Origin: Patellaria atrata CBS 101060
Lineage: Eukaryota
Length of the DNA: 64,000 nucleotides
Direction of reading: 5' to 3'
Assembly: GCA_010093705.1 (NCBI GenBank)
Contig: MU006101.1
Span: forward strand, 409,614-473,613
The translations under genes and the position numbers were made by a program. Below, piece after piece: positions 1 to 12,537 of the stretch (positions are counted from its first letter, which is position 1; every line of letters starts with the position of its first letter). The notes below the pieces were generated by a model that did not search any database, was not told where the DNA came from, and saw nothing but the letters and a program-made list of their open reading frames with translations.

Positions 1-833
1 ATAGTGCTGATTGAGAGATCTTCAAGCGTCAGAAGATAGACCGCGACCGTGGGATTCTTTGCTCCAACCTTTGGATATCTGATATCCAACTCAAAAGGAT
101 ATGAAGGCGCATGTTTCTGGCCATGCATATAGTATGGAACGGTATATGTGGGAACACCTGTCTCGTTGAAGCTCAGATAGGCCAGATACTCGCCGTCAGG
201 AGAGTACCAGAGAGTGTATCGATCACCAAATATTTCCTCTTCGTACACCCAGTCTGGAACACCATTGAATAAATCTGGACCTCCATCTTCTGTGACGCGA
301 GTGACTTCACCACTATTCCAGATGTAGATGTCGTTTCCACGCACAAAAGCAATTTGGTCCTCTACAGGATTCCAAGTCGCATACTGGATGTCCCCCACTT
401 GGTCTGCAACAAGCGGTTCGGTCGTTCCCGTCTCGCGATCATAAATTAGGTAGTCGGCAAAGTAGGAATGACGGTATTGTTTGGTGTAATTTACGGAGAA
501 CAGAACTTTGCTCAGATCTGGCTTGATCCAGTATTCCCAGTAATCTGCTGGTAGCTGATCGGCTGGGACGAATGTTTCGTTTTCGCCTGTAACTATACTC
601 TCGAGCACCAATGCGCCTGCGGTTGAGACGTAGACGAACTGACCATCCTCTTCGGTAGCTGCCCAGTCAAAGGCAGCAGAAGATGCCCTGAAGACTCCCG
701 GGCTAGCTGTCGTCTGATTGTAGTCTAGGATCTTTGTGCCGTTACCCAGCGGTTGGTGAGGGACGCGTGGTGGTTCAATTGCACAAACCCCGCTTAGGAG
801 AAGTAGCGAAGACAGAACAACAGAAGACAACAT
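1..833 (-). CDS. dpp4: Secreted dipeptidyl peptidase IV (S9B family), 5' part; continues beyond the left edge
   Basis: Not in the ORF track. Manual translation from ATG 833 gives MLSSVVLSSLLLLSGVCAIEPPRVPHQPLGNG (signal peptide), then NYTKQYRHSYFADY, NGVPDWVYEEEIF, LWYSPDG and IRYPKVG, which are DPPIV N-terminal propeller motifs. The frame is open to base 1. Confidence 0.93.
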   Translation of the reverse strand, partial: MLSSVVLSSLLLLSGVCAIEPPRVPHQPLGNGTKILDYNQTTASPGVFRASSAAFDWAATEEDGQFVYVSTAGALVLESIVTGENETFVPADQLPADYWEYWIKPDLSKVLFSVNYTKQYRHSYFADYLIYDRETGTTEPLVADQVGDIQYATWNPVEDQIAFVRGNDIYIWNSGEVTRVTEDGGPDLFNGVPDWVYEEEIFGDRYTLWYSPDGEYLAYLSFNETGVPTYTVPYYMHGQKHAPSYPFELDIRYPKVGAKNPTVAVYLLTLEDLSIST

Positions 834-969
834 GTCGACGAGAGAGAAAGGGAATCTACGAACGAACGGCTTCAAAGGAAATTAAGAGCTCTCAAGCTCT
901 CTTAAATGCGCAACAGACCTTGGGGGTAAATTGCCGGAAGCTCGTCATATCTCAGCGAGTTCGCACGAT

Positions 970-1020
970 AGGTACAGGTTAGGTGCAGGTAGGTGCAGGT
1001 AGGTGCAGGTAGGTGCAGGT
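970..1020. repeat. 10-bp tandem repeat (AGGTGCAGGT)x4 plus one degenerate copy
   Basis: 981-1020 is four perfect copies, preceded by aggtacaggtt. Confidence 0.95.
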
Positions 1021-1521
1021 ACCATAGACCTAGGTGCACAATAATCTGGACTAATAGAGGTGTTGTGAGTGGTGCTGGAAGTCCGAAGTGCTTGCCGCTT
1101 CCCAGAATCCGGGATGGTAATGGCAATCAAGTTCATCATGGCATAGGTGATCTATGGCGGTCTATCTGCATAGAGCAGGTCGTAACTCATATGGATATAC
1201 TAGTGATGCCGGGGTATGAACTCCGCATATCTCGATTAATAGAGTGGCAAGAGGAGTCCAAGATTGCTATAACGTCTTGATATGGCAGTTGACAAGAAAA
1301 CTCCAAGATATCAGGGACAGAAGACCAAGATATCAAGATATCAAGATATCGCTCAATGAGTAAAAGGTAAGGTTGCCGATGATATCCCTCATGCAGCTCC
1401 CGTGAATCCGTGGTGCGCCTTAAACTACGGCTTCGGGAGCGCCTTCTCCTTGAAATTGGCCTCACAGCGATAACCGTTGCCAAGCTGCCGTTATCGGGCT
1501 CATAGCTTATCCGCAGCCATC

Positions 1522-1599
1522 CACGTGACCTAGCGCGTCAATTCAATGCTCGGGAAATCTCCGGAATCACTCCGGCATACGGAGCTACGCGGTACGCGT
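1522..1599. promoter_or_regulatory. MCB-like (ACGCGT/CGCG) cell-cycle elements upstream of MSH6
   Basis: ACGCGT at 1594-1599, ACGCGG at 1587-1592, GCGCGT at 1533-1538 and CACGTG at 1522-1527, all within ~220 bp of the start. MBF sites are typical of fungal replication and repair genes. Confidence 0.55.
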
Positions 1600-1740
1600 T
1601 CACGTCTTCTCAGACCAGGCGTGGCTTATCATCGTACAGGAGAATTTCTTGAGCTTCCCTCAGACGAGACATCACTTCCCCAACCCATTGCAAGCCCATC
1701 ACCATAGTCCACCATGGTTAGAGGTCTCGAGGGAAACGAA

Positions 1741-4700
1741 ATGTCTACTCCTAAACCACCTGCACTTAAGAAATCTTCTTCCTCCACCTCCAAATCGAGC
1801 AAAAACCAGCAATCGATTCTAGGATTCTTCCAAAAGAGAGACACTTCGGATACTCCTGGGCCCAATTCGTCTCCAGAAGAGAGTGTTCTCACAAGAAAGT
1901 CTCTCACACCAGCACTGAAAGCTTCAAAGCTTCCTCAAAAATCTGGTGTCAATTTGACACCAGTTCCTAGCAGTGATGCTATTGAGCCTTCCAGTCCGGT
2001 CTACAGCCGGGATGACACCCCTCAGGGGCGAAATAAAGAGAATGGTCTGCCATCATCAATTACGCCTGCAAGAGATGGTGCTGACGAGCTGCCCTTGAAA
2101 GAAGGCGTAGGTCCCGTTGCGCATAGCAATCCATCTCGAATGGTAGGTCCTTCCCCTGGCCGCTTTCCAAGCCAACGACTGACGCACGCCTAGATTAAGA
2201 AAACTGTCAACTATGCCGAAAGCGAAAGCGAAGACGAGGAGGTCCTCAGGTCCTTATCGATGAACAGGGCTAACGCTCGTCCCTCTAAACGTCGTAGGGT
2301 TAGCCTGGAAGATTCGGATGATGAGTTTGGCGTCGATGCTGATATGGAAGAGGCTATGGCTGATGAAGGTATGTAAAAGCAGGTATACCGGGGATACTAT
2401 CTACTAATCAATGCCTCTTCTAGATCTCGACGACTTTGTCGTTCCCGACGATTCAGATGAAGAGCCGGTTGCCCCAAAGAAGAGAAAGAGATTACAACAG
2501 AGAAGGTCTTCACCTCCGAAAGCTTCGTCACCGCCCCCTGCTCCCGTGTCTGATGACGACTTCGGGCTCTCGACTGCCTTGGGCTCTACAGCGCAGCAGT
2601 GGAACTATGATCCGGAAAACCTTCAGCGACTGAAGCCTCGGCCCGCTGAGACTTTCTCTAAGAAGTCCGATAGAAATTTCAAGGAGAAGGCGCACAAGTC
2701 AGAACCTTCGGATAGATACCCTTGGTTAGCGAACATCTTGGATGCGGATAGGCATCCGCCAGATCATCCAGACTATGATCCGCGGACGCTGTACGTCCCT
2801 CCAATGGCGTGGGCACAGTTCTCCCCTTTTGAGAAACAATACTGGGAGATTAAGCAGAAATTCTGGGACACTATCGTGTTTTTCAAAAAGGGAAAGTTCT
2901 ATGAACTCTATGAAAATGATGCCACTATTGGTCACCAGCTCTTCGACTTGAAACTTACTGACCGAGTTAACATGCGGATGGTGGGAGTTCCAGAAGCATC
3001 TCTTGACATGTGGGCAACCCAATTCGTAGCAAAGGGGTTCAAGATTGCTCGCGTAGACCAAATGGAATCAGCGTTGGCTAAAGAGATGAGGGAGCGAGAC
3101 GGCGATAAACCAACCGGGAAGAAAAAGGAAGAGAAGGTGATTCGCCGGGAACTTGCTGCTGTACTCACATCTGGTACTTTGGTCGACGGCGGAATGCTAC
3201 AAGATGACATGTCCACTTACTGTGTTGCAATCAAGGTCAGTAACCTCCTAATTTGCGTTTTCCGTAAGCTCATCCTCTACAGGAAATTGACCGAGACAAT
3301 CTTCCGGCACTTGGAATTGCTTTCGTTGATACCGCTACGGCTCAGTTCCATCTCACTGAGTTCACCGATGATTTGGACATGACGAAGTTCGAGACGTTCG
3401 TGGCGCAAACAAGGCCTGGCGAGTTGCTCCTTGAGAAGTCATGCATTTCTGCAAAAGCACTCCGCATCTTGAAGAACAATACCGGACCGACAACCATCTG
3501 GAACTACCTCAAGCCAGAAAAAGAGTTCTGGTCTGCTGACATAACTTGTCGTGAGATTGAAGTGAGTGATTACTTTGTATCGCCCGATCAAGATAACATC
3601 GAAGCTTGGCCAAAGGTTTTACGAGAAGCTCGCGAGAAAGAACTCACCATGTCAGCTTTCGGTGCATTGCTTCAGTATCTCAGGACCCTCAAGATTGAAA
3701 AGGACCTTGTGACACTTGGTAACTTTTCATGGTACGATCCTATTAGGAAAGCCACCAGTTTGGTCTTGGACGGTCAAAGCTTGATCAATCTTGAGATCTT
3801 CGCAAACAGTTTTGATGGTAGCACTGATGGTACGCTTTTTGCGATGTTGAACCGTTGTATTACCCCTTTCGGCAAACGCATGTTGCGTCAATGGGTATGC
3901 CATCCGTTGGCAGATGCAGTCAAGATCAACGCAAGATTAGACGCCGTTGATGCACTCAATGCCAGTACGAGTACGACGGACACTTTCACATCCTCCCTCA
4001 GTAAGTTGCCTGATCTTGAGAGGCTGATATCCCGTGTCCATGCTGGTAGATGCAAGGCGCAAGATTTTCTTAAGGTCCTTGAGGGGTTCGAACAGATCGA
4101 GTATACTATGAGCCTGCTCAATACTTTTGGTAACGGCAAAGGTGATGGAATAATTGGGCAACTCCTTTCTTCCATGCCAGACCTTTCCGGCTCGTTGAAG
4201 CATTGGAGAGACGCCTTTGACCGTACCAGAGCGAAAGAGGATGGCATATTAGTTCCTCAACGAGGTGTAGAGGAGGACTATGATGAGAGTCAAGATACCA
4301 TCGATGCTGTCCTTGCTAAACTAGAATCCCTTTTGAAACAAGTCCGGAGAGATCTTGGGTCAACCGCTATCTGCTTCCGGGACAATGGGAAAGAGATTTA
4401 TCAGCTCGAAATCCCGATTAAAGTCAAGGGGGTCCCTAAATCTTGGGACCAAATGTCTGCTACGGCTAAGGTCAAAAGGTACTACAGTCCTGAGCTTCGT
4501 AAGCTCGTCCGAGCTCTGCAGGAAGCTCAAGAAACCCATGGACAAATCGTCAAGGAGGTAGCTGGCCGATTCTACGCTCGGTTCGACGAGGACTATCCGG
4601 TTTGGCTTGCTGCTGTCAAGATAATCGCTCAACTGGACTGTCTCATAAGCTTAGCAAAAGCGTCCTCCTCTTTAGGGGAACCGAGTTGCAGGCCCACATT

Positions 4701-5597
4701 CGTCGACGACGACCGGACTGTCCTAGAGTTCGAAGAGTTACGTCATCCTTGTATGCTCACCAGTGTACAAGACTTCATCCCCAACGATATCAAACTCGGT
4801 GGAGACTCGCCTAACATCGACTTGCTCACCGGCGCCAACGCCGCGGGCAAGTCGACCATCCTACGAATGGTACAGTAACCCCCGTCAAGCCCAAAACCAT
4901 AACTAACACGTATCAACAGACCTGCATCGCCGTCATCCTCGCCCAAATCGGCTGCCACCTCCCCTGCACCTCCGCCCGCATCACCCCCATCGACCGCATC
5001 ATGTCCCGTCTCGGCGCCAACGACAACATCTTCGCTGCTCAATCCACCTTCTTCGTCGAGCTCGCCGAAACCAAAAAGATCCTCTCCGAAGCCACACCCC
5101 GCTCTCTCGTCATCCTCGACGAGCTCGGCCGTGGCACCTCAAGCTACGACGGTGTGGCTGTCGCGCAAGCGGTGCTGCATCACGTCGCTACGCATGTAGG
5201 CTGCATCGGCTTCTTCGCGACGCACTATCACAGCCTCGCCGCGGAGTTTGCCGGGCATCCCGAGATCAAGAACGCGACCATGGCGATCGATGTCGACGAG
5301 GCGGAGAAGCGCGTTACGTTTTTGTATAAGTTGATCGATGGGGTCGCCGAGGGCAGCTTCGGTATGCATTGTGCGGCTATGTGCGGTATCCCGTCTAGGG
5401 TTATTAGGGTCGCGGAGGTTGCGGCTAAGGAGTTCGAGCATACGTCACGGTTGAAGGAGAGTCTGGAGATGGCACGCGGGAGGAGCTATGTTCCCCTCGG
5501 TGTGCAGAGCGATGTTGCGTGGTTGTTGAGAGGGGTGGGCGAGGAGGTGGGGGAGAGGGGGTTGGAGGTGTTGAGGAGAGCTGTTGAGGCGTTGTGA
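1741..5597 (+). CDS. MSH6: DNA mismatch repair protein Msh6 (MutS family), 5 exons
   Basis: PIP box QQSILGFF, FFKKGKFYELYE mismatch-binding motif, Walker A LTGANAAGKST, LVILDELGRGTS and FATHYH. GT-AG introns at 2143-2193, 2369-2423, 3236-3282 and 4870-4919 join the ORF fragments in frame. An alternative ATG lies at 1714. Confidence 0.97.
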
Positions 5598-6308
5598 GTT
5601 GGTATCGTCGCTGTTGTATTTGTATAACTATAGTGTGGCTTTTTGTGTCTGGTTTTGGGGATGGTAAGGGAACATGGGTATCTTCGTATCTTTGTATCCT
5701 TTTGTAAAAGCGAAGGAAGTTAGGAGTTGTTGTCGTATAGATATCTACTATCGATACCCCTTTTGCTTCTGTTTCTATCGTTCGGATATGGGTGTATGAT
5801 GAAACTTGGACCCTTAGAGTTAACGCACTACCGTGCGCTACACCCTTGTACATTTTCTCCCTCTGGACTGCAAGGGTTGAGCATATCAGATCCTTCGAGA
5901 ACCAGGACGGCAGAGTAGGGTTTGCGTGATAGTGGAAAGGTAGCATATCACGACCATACTACGACCTTCATCTAACCCATCAAACCCATCCAATCCATCA
6001 AACAATCACGAAACATAGTCACAGATGCAGAAAAGGGGGATGGTCAAGCACGATCACCCACAACTCAACTACACACACACGCACGCACAGGACTCATTTC
6101 AGAAACTCGTATTGAATCTACCGGTACCACACTCCATCCTGTGGACCCACGCGTCTACTCATCGTATCCCAACTCCAGAAAAAGCGCCAGAGCGAAAATA
6201 TTCCCAGAATTCCACCAGGTATGGAATCATTAATCACACGTAAACGGCAGCGAAACCACGCACCAAAAGCTCCAACTCGTGCCGTGAAGATCGGTTCTGA
6301 TAGAGGAA

Positions 6309-6968
6309 TCAAATACCCTCTTCCTCCTCATTAACAAAGCCAAAGGCATTGATGAAGTCCTCATCAACATCGGGTTCAGTCTTAAACTTCGCCACGTCTT
6401 CCGGGTCGCCGAAAGGGGAGCTTGGGACCGAGGTCGTCACTTCGTTCTTAGCCTTCTTCGGCGCGGGTGTTTTGACGCTTACGGCTTTACGCTTCTTGCC
6501 GGCCTTGGGGGTCGCGTCCAGCTCGTCGTCATCATCTCCAGATGCGGTGTCAGCCCAGGCGTTGGCGGATTTGGTTCTCTTGGTGCGTTTAAAGGTAGAT
6601 TTAGGGGTGTAGTTTGTGCCGGTGGAGCCGTTTCCGTTGGTGGTGTTGCCGGTGGCTGTGGCGAGTTTGCGCTTGAGGCCGTTGAAGATGACGCGGGAGG
6701 TCTCTGCGTTTTTATAGCCGGAGAGTTGGGCGAGCTTTTCGTGGTCGATCTGGATGGGGTTAGTGTGTGAGGTAGGGAATGTGTAGAAGGGTGCTGGGGT
6801 TTAAGAGACGATGTGTAGTACGGGATGGTAGTGGGAAAGGGTGGACATGGGATGACTGGGGATGTGGAGGCTACTAACCTTTACAGGAGCATCGAAGCAC
6901 TGCCAGGCGTATGCGAGTAGTTGCATCTCGCGGTCGCTGAACGCGAGCTTTGCTTTGTTATCCGTCAT
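6309..6968 (-). CDS. Small basic fungal protein with an N-terminal Myb-like helical domain and a K/P-rich disordered tail
   Basis: Not in the ORF track. Exon 1 (6879-6968) is MTDNKAKLAFSDREMQLLAYAWQCFDAPVK. Intron 6750-6878 is gttagt...ctaac...cag. Exon 2 (6309-6749) is IDHEKLAQLSGYKNAETSRVIFNGLKRKL...TPKAGKKRKA...EEEEGI*. Confidence 0.8.
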
Positions 6969-7530
6969 GGTGGATGAAGGAGATATTTATGTTTTGCGTG
7001 ATATGTGACTCGGCGAAATCTTGACAATGTTAATAGAACACAAAATGAAATGGGCCCTGCAAGTGGAAATGGCGCAGCAGAGTGGAGCAATGTTAGATCA
7101 AGAGTAGCAAGTGTTTGTTCATAGGTTGACACAAACAAGGAATTGATTATGATTTGAACAGTGAAAAGTGGGATTCGTAACTTACAGGGAGCTATGGGAA
7201 TGTTGAATGAGTTTGTGGAACGAAGCAGAGAGTTTCGAGAAGAGTGTGGTAGAAGTAGAAAGAAGCATGGAAAGAATAACAGAATTCAGAAAATATAGGT
7301 GCTGGCGCGAACGCCAAGCAAACAGTGTTTGAAAGTGAAAGGTGATAAGGTGAAATATGACTTGTCACATTTTAGGTTGCGTTATGTACATGCATGTGAA
7401 ATACGATGTCGGATTCAATCTGAACTTGTTTGTAGCGTCTAGGTGATAGGGCATAAGAAACGCGAGATATTGTACCTCCTGAGACTTTACAAGAAGTTCG
7501 ACATAATAAGGGACACTACTTACTGATAGC

Positions 7531-8133
7531 TCAAGCCAGACTTCCAACTTCAATATACCGTGCTTGCTCATCGACGTATCTCTTCATAGTATCAAACTCA
7601 GTCTTTCCAGTCTATAGAGATATCAGAACCTTCTCTGCTCAAGCTCAAGTTCTCACGGGATAGTGATTCGAGTCTTACCGAAACCAGATATCGTATATGG
7701 GACTAAGAAACGATGAGTTTGTTTGATAGTAAGTATGGTCAAAGGAAACATACGAGTTCGTTCACACCTTTATTTCTCTCGAACTCGCCTCTTGCATACT
7801 CGTACATTTCATTACGAGTAGACGAATCAGGGATCCCTATTGACGCATTAGATTCCTATACCAAAAAAGGCGCGGGTTCCTCATACGATGAATTGTGCGA
7901 AGGATCTCTCTCCAAAGAGAAATAACTCTTTGCCTCTGCACAAACTACGCAATGGAGATTACTAAATGCTTGATGAAGGATATCCCTCCTTGTCCTTTAG
8001 AGATTTTGCATACATGGTCAAGACTAAGAAACTTCCGCCTTTCTCTTGATGGGTTTCCGGAACTAGCGGTGGCATAAGTACGACTGAAGAGACGCTGCAG
8101 TGGCACCAACAGTCCTCTTGAACGCAATTGCAT
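7531..8133 (-). CDS. Mitochondrial LYR-motif protein (LYRM2-like), 5 exons including a 24-nt microexon (7679-7702)
   Basis: Spliced translation: MQLRSRGLLVPLQRLFSRTYATA (mitochondrial presequence-like)...LSLDH|FVQRQRVISLWREILRTIH|RIPDSSTRNEMYEYARGEFERNK...|SHIRYLVS|TGKTEFDTMKRYVDE. The four introns are canonical GT-AG. Confidence 0.85.
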
Positions 8134-8323
8134 GATGTATAAATTATGATTCTGAAAGTCTTGTGATAGAGTGTCAGGACGAAGGAGGATGTCTATGCAC
8201 ATGATGTCAATTTACGGTTGTCACCATCCTGATGGTCTGAGCTTTTCTCGTCGCGTCTCCCATTGTCCCTCTTCTTGATATATTTGGTAGCCAATATTAA
8301 TATATCTTGCAATTAACTTCAAC

Positions 8324-9106
8324 ATGGTAACACATTTGCACAAGGGCCAAAAACGTAAGGTACTTTTAGAGTTCACTCACAATTCTCCCACAAGTATCCC
8401 GAAGAAACGCGTGAAAGAGTCTGAAGAAACGATGACTGAATCCAGCTCTATACCCGCGTCGCTATCCTCTCATCTAGAGCACCTGAATAAACTCTCTCCG
8501 TCAACATTCGCGGAAAAATATCTACCACTGGACGATCCTCTCCTCACTTTTTCACCACTCACCGAACCGTCCACTACATATACCATAACTCTAGTCCGCT
8601 CCGCCCATCTCACGACAACCGATTTTACAACATGCTTCTCCCTCATTGAAGTAACTTCATCCGCTGCGTACAGAAATTCATCTCGGGGATGGCATCCTGG
8701 TCTCAAACAGGCTGAAATGAAAGAGACAGATATGCGTTATCTACTTGTGCGCCGGGCCTCTACTTCTCCGTCTTCCCCATCTCCTATTCTCGGGTTTCTG
8801 TCATTCCAATTGACCCCTGAGCCCCCAGATATTGTGCTCTACGTCTACGAGATACATCTTTCAGCATCGCTACGAGGTTGCGGGCTAGGGACGCATTTGA
8901 TGGGGGTAGCGGAAGAGCTAGCGCGGAGAACGGGCATGAGGAAGACGTTGTTGACGGTTTTCACAAGTAACATTCGCGGAGAGAAGTTCTACCGAAATTT
9001 GGGATATCAAGAAGACGATATTAGCCCGGCGTCGAGGGAGTTGAGAGGAGGGAAGGTGAAGAGGCCGGACTATATCATTCTATCAAAGGAGGTAGAGGGA
9101 CCCTGA
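8324..9106 (+). CDS. NAT4: N-alpha-acetyltransferase 40 (Nat4/NatD, histone H4/H2A N-terminal GNAT)
   Basis: SSRGW..GLKQAEM, MRYLLV, YVYEIHL, RGCGLGTHLM, LLTVFTSN and DYIILSK motifs. The true start may be ATG 8432. Confidence 0.85.
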   Translation: MVTHLHKGQKRKVLLEFTHNSPTSIPKKRVKESEETMTESSSIPASLSSHLEHLNKLSPSTFAEKYLPLDDPLLTFSPLTEPSTTYTITLVRSAHLTTTDFTTCFSLIEVTSSAAYRNSSRGWHPGLKQAEMKETDMRYLLVRRASTSPSSPSPILGFLSFQLTPEPPDIVLYVYEIHLSASLRGCGLGTHLMGVAEELARRTGMRKTLLTVFTSNIRGEKFYRNLGYQEDDISPASRELRGGKVKRPDYIILSKEVEGP

Positions 9107-9362
9107 AGATTAATGTGACGAATACAATTCAAGAAGCGTATTCATAGTCCGTTGAGATTGTTTTGCAACATAGTTTTTTTTGGATTGCTACATAAAGTAT
9201 CCCACCCAAAAGAGAGGGATGACCCCTAAACAGGGCTGTATAAAAATACTAATTCAGGACTCGAAGCTGTTCTCTCATCTCTATCAATACCTCCTCTACG
9301 GCCGTTCTCGGACGTTATTCAGCATCTTCTAATCTGAAGATTTCGAGCCGAGATCACCAGTG

Positions 9363-11034
9363 TTAAGGTAAGAGATCGAACTCTTTATACTTTTCCTTCT
9401 CAACTTCATCTAGTTTTCCTTTGTATGCAGGGACTCCCCCAAAGTAGTAGACTAGCTGTCTAGGCTTTCCTGGTATATTGTCCCCAAAAAAGTAGCTGTT
9501 TGTCTCTTCGAGAAGAGTTCCTTTAAGGGTGCTTGTAGCGTGTGCGGACCATTCCTCTGTAGCATCATGTTGGGCTTCCACGTATTTCTTTCCCCTAGTT
9601 TTCATGTGCTCGAAGAGATTAACTAACCAGTCCCCTTGTAGCTGCGCGCATACAGGCCCATTACAGGTACCAGAAGGCGATTGTGGTCCATAGAGTGCGA
9701 ACAAGTTTGGAAAGCCTTCCATCGCCATACCTAAAAATGTTTTGGCTCCCGTTCGCCACTCCTCTCTCAAAGACTTTCCCTCTTTACCTCTGATGTCAAT
9801 CTGCGTCAGACTTCCTGTTGCTGCATCGAAGCCCGTTGCAAAAATCAGAACATCGAGATCACAGGAAGCCCCGGATTTCGTCTGTATTCCTGACGCAGTG
9901 ATGCTCTGTATTGGATCTTTTTGAATATCAATAATATCCACATGATCGTAGTTATAAGCCTCGAAGTAGGTTTGTTCCAATGGGACACGCTTCGTTCCAA
10001 AAGGATATGGTGAGGTTTTAGGGGCAAGAATACCAGCTTTCGCCTCATCCTTGATTCTTTTTCGAACACTATCTCTCCAGTATTCGTAGATGAGATCATT
10101 TGACTCTCGATCGAACATTCCATCAAAGTAGTTAGAACCCCAATAGCTGAAACCACCTTCTCCGTACAGACGATCAAACTCTTTCTTACGTTCTTCAGGA
10201 GAATCTTCTTTTGCCGGACGCATAATTGGGGCGCCATGATTACCGTCCCATTGAGTGAATCTATTTCGAAAGAATTCCTTCTTTTCCTCGACCGTCCTAC
10301 CATCGAATTCTGGATCGAACTCCCGTTGTTGCATAGGGGTAGCAAGCGCCGGGCTCCTCTGAAAGACAACCTAACACACCATTTAGTCTCATACGTAATC
10401 CCCAACCATCATCCACACTCACAAGACTCTTACACTCCCTCGCCACAGCCTGAACAACCTGCACCCCACTCGCCCCCGTCCCCACAACCCCGACCCTCTT
10501 CCCCCTCGTCATAATCCCCCCCTCCGGCCAAGCCGCCGTATGCGCCCACACCCCCTTAAACCCCTCCAACCCCTCTATCTCCGGCACATAAGCCTTCGCC
10601 GCATAACCCACCGCACACACCACAAACCTAGCCCTCCAGCACCTCCCATCCCTCGCCCGCACTACCCAGATCCCTTCCTTCTCGTCCCACCGTACCCCCT
10701 CCACCCACGTCCCGAACTCGCAATGCCGCCCCAGCCCGCCCAGTCGCCGCTCTGCAAACGCGAAGTACGCCTGGATCTCCTCGCGCGCGGGGAACCGCTG
10801 CGTCCATTTGAATCCCGCGTCCCCGTCCCAGAGCGATGGGATGTCGAGCTGGTAAGAGGGCACTTGGATGTCGACGCGCGCGCCGGGGTACGTGTTATGG
10901 TTCCAGATGCCGCCGAGGGAGGGTCCGGCGTCGAGGGCGCGGACGCGGTAGTTGAGGCCCAGGAGCCGGTGGAGGAGGTAGGTGCCGGCGAAGCCGGTAC
11001 CGATGATTAGGACGTCGAGGTCCGGGGGGGACAT
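9363..11034 (-). CDS. Baeyer-Villiger monooxygenase (cyclohexanone/cyclopentanone monooxygenase-like), 2 exons
   Basis: GTGFAG, GGIWNHNTYPGARVD, BVMO fingerprint FKGVWAHTAAWP, GTGASG and ATGFDA. Intron 10371-10422 (gtgagt...ctaaa...ttag) joins KSL|VVFQRSP. Confidence 0.95.
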
Positions 11035-12537
11035 GGCGGTTTGCTATCGGTAGTGGAGTTGGGGTTTAGATGCGGGGAGACGTGGGTGGTGGGGTTGGAT
11101 TGTGGGGATGAGGAATTATATATTTGTTTAGGCCTCTCGTTGTATGGGGTGTGTTTTAACTCCCTTTGTTCTCATCATATGTTTTGAGGGATGATGACTT
11201 TGCGTCGGAGTTTTGGGTGCATGCTGCATGGTCATTCTTGTTTGACTGGGTTAGTCTTCGTTGTGATACTAGAGGATGAGCGGTGAAAGGTGGGTTGTAG
11301 AGGCGATTGGAGTTGAGCATTTCAGATCATGTCTTCCTCTGTTAATTAGCCCCTTTTATGTCGTCTTTCAGCTTACAGATCTTTAGAAGGTGGATAATCG
11401 CGTTATCTCTCGCCCTTCAATGATACTTGGTGTGATCCTTGTATAGACTATTTATGCTCATCCCTGCTATACTATCCGTTATCCCAAACCTTTCCTTTTA
11501 TATATGACTGGACGTCACTTTAGCGCTTCCCCATATCTGGCTGTTCAAAGCCTGCAGTAATGTGAAACTTGGTTCAGACAGAAAAGTTTTCTTTTTGGCA
11601 GTATCATCATCTGACTTCTATAGATTACCAAATCCCAAACGGGAATAGCACTGAAACTTCTCCGGAGTGCTCTAGTACCTAACGTAGTCTCCCTAATGCT
11701 CTTCATCCTGGGAAAGGAGATATCCCAACTCCTGGAAGTGTGACAATTGGGGAAGAGTCTTATATTGGTAGTGGGATTCCAACTTTGTTGAATCCATCAA
11801 ATTCCTCTGTATGTATTGATTTTGGAACTGAACCGTGTTCAAGTATTTTCTCCCCGACATACCGTACCCCTTTTTGGGTTTTTCGGGGAGTTTGACTCAG
11901 TCGGCATGAAAACATTTAAGGAGCCATTTAATTCTTATCTAGCAAAATGATTTCTTTCTTCAGCTTTCAAGTTCTCAAATATTTACTTTCGGTCCGGATG
12001 GTTTTTAATCAGGAATCATCCTCAGGTTGAAACTTCCTAGTCACCTTGGATGTGCTGTAGTCCGCCAGTTAACTCCTGATAAGTATGCGATTGATGTATG
12101 CGATTTATGTATGCATCTGCTTTCATAATGTGGGAACTTGGTCGTAAATTTGAGTCTTCCGCATATAGTGATATCGTACACCTTTCCAAGCAACCGGACA
12201 GCAATCATGAAATATCACGTTGAGGAATAGCATATAGCTTAAACCATTCCTGTAGAGACAACGCACAAGGGGATATCCCATTCGACTTCATTACATCAAT
12301 ACACCAGACAACCAAGTGCCTCGGCTTCATCGGAGGCGCCTCATACATAAGCCATCGGAGCGGAGATATCATCTTGAATCTGCACTGTCTGGGCATAAAT
12401 ATCGAGCTCAACCCTCTTTGTCTCTGTCTCCTTTCTTTCCTCCACAACATTCTCTCATTACTCACTTCCTCAATCTTGACTATTGAACATTGCAGATCTC
12501 CCCTCTTCCGTCACGACTAACAAACCCACACTCCGCT

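Noticed and set aside
902..1280. Short ORFs over the 10-bp repeat
   Set aside because: Products are repeat-derived (LHLPAPTCT) with no coding features.
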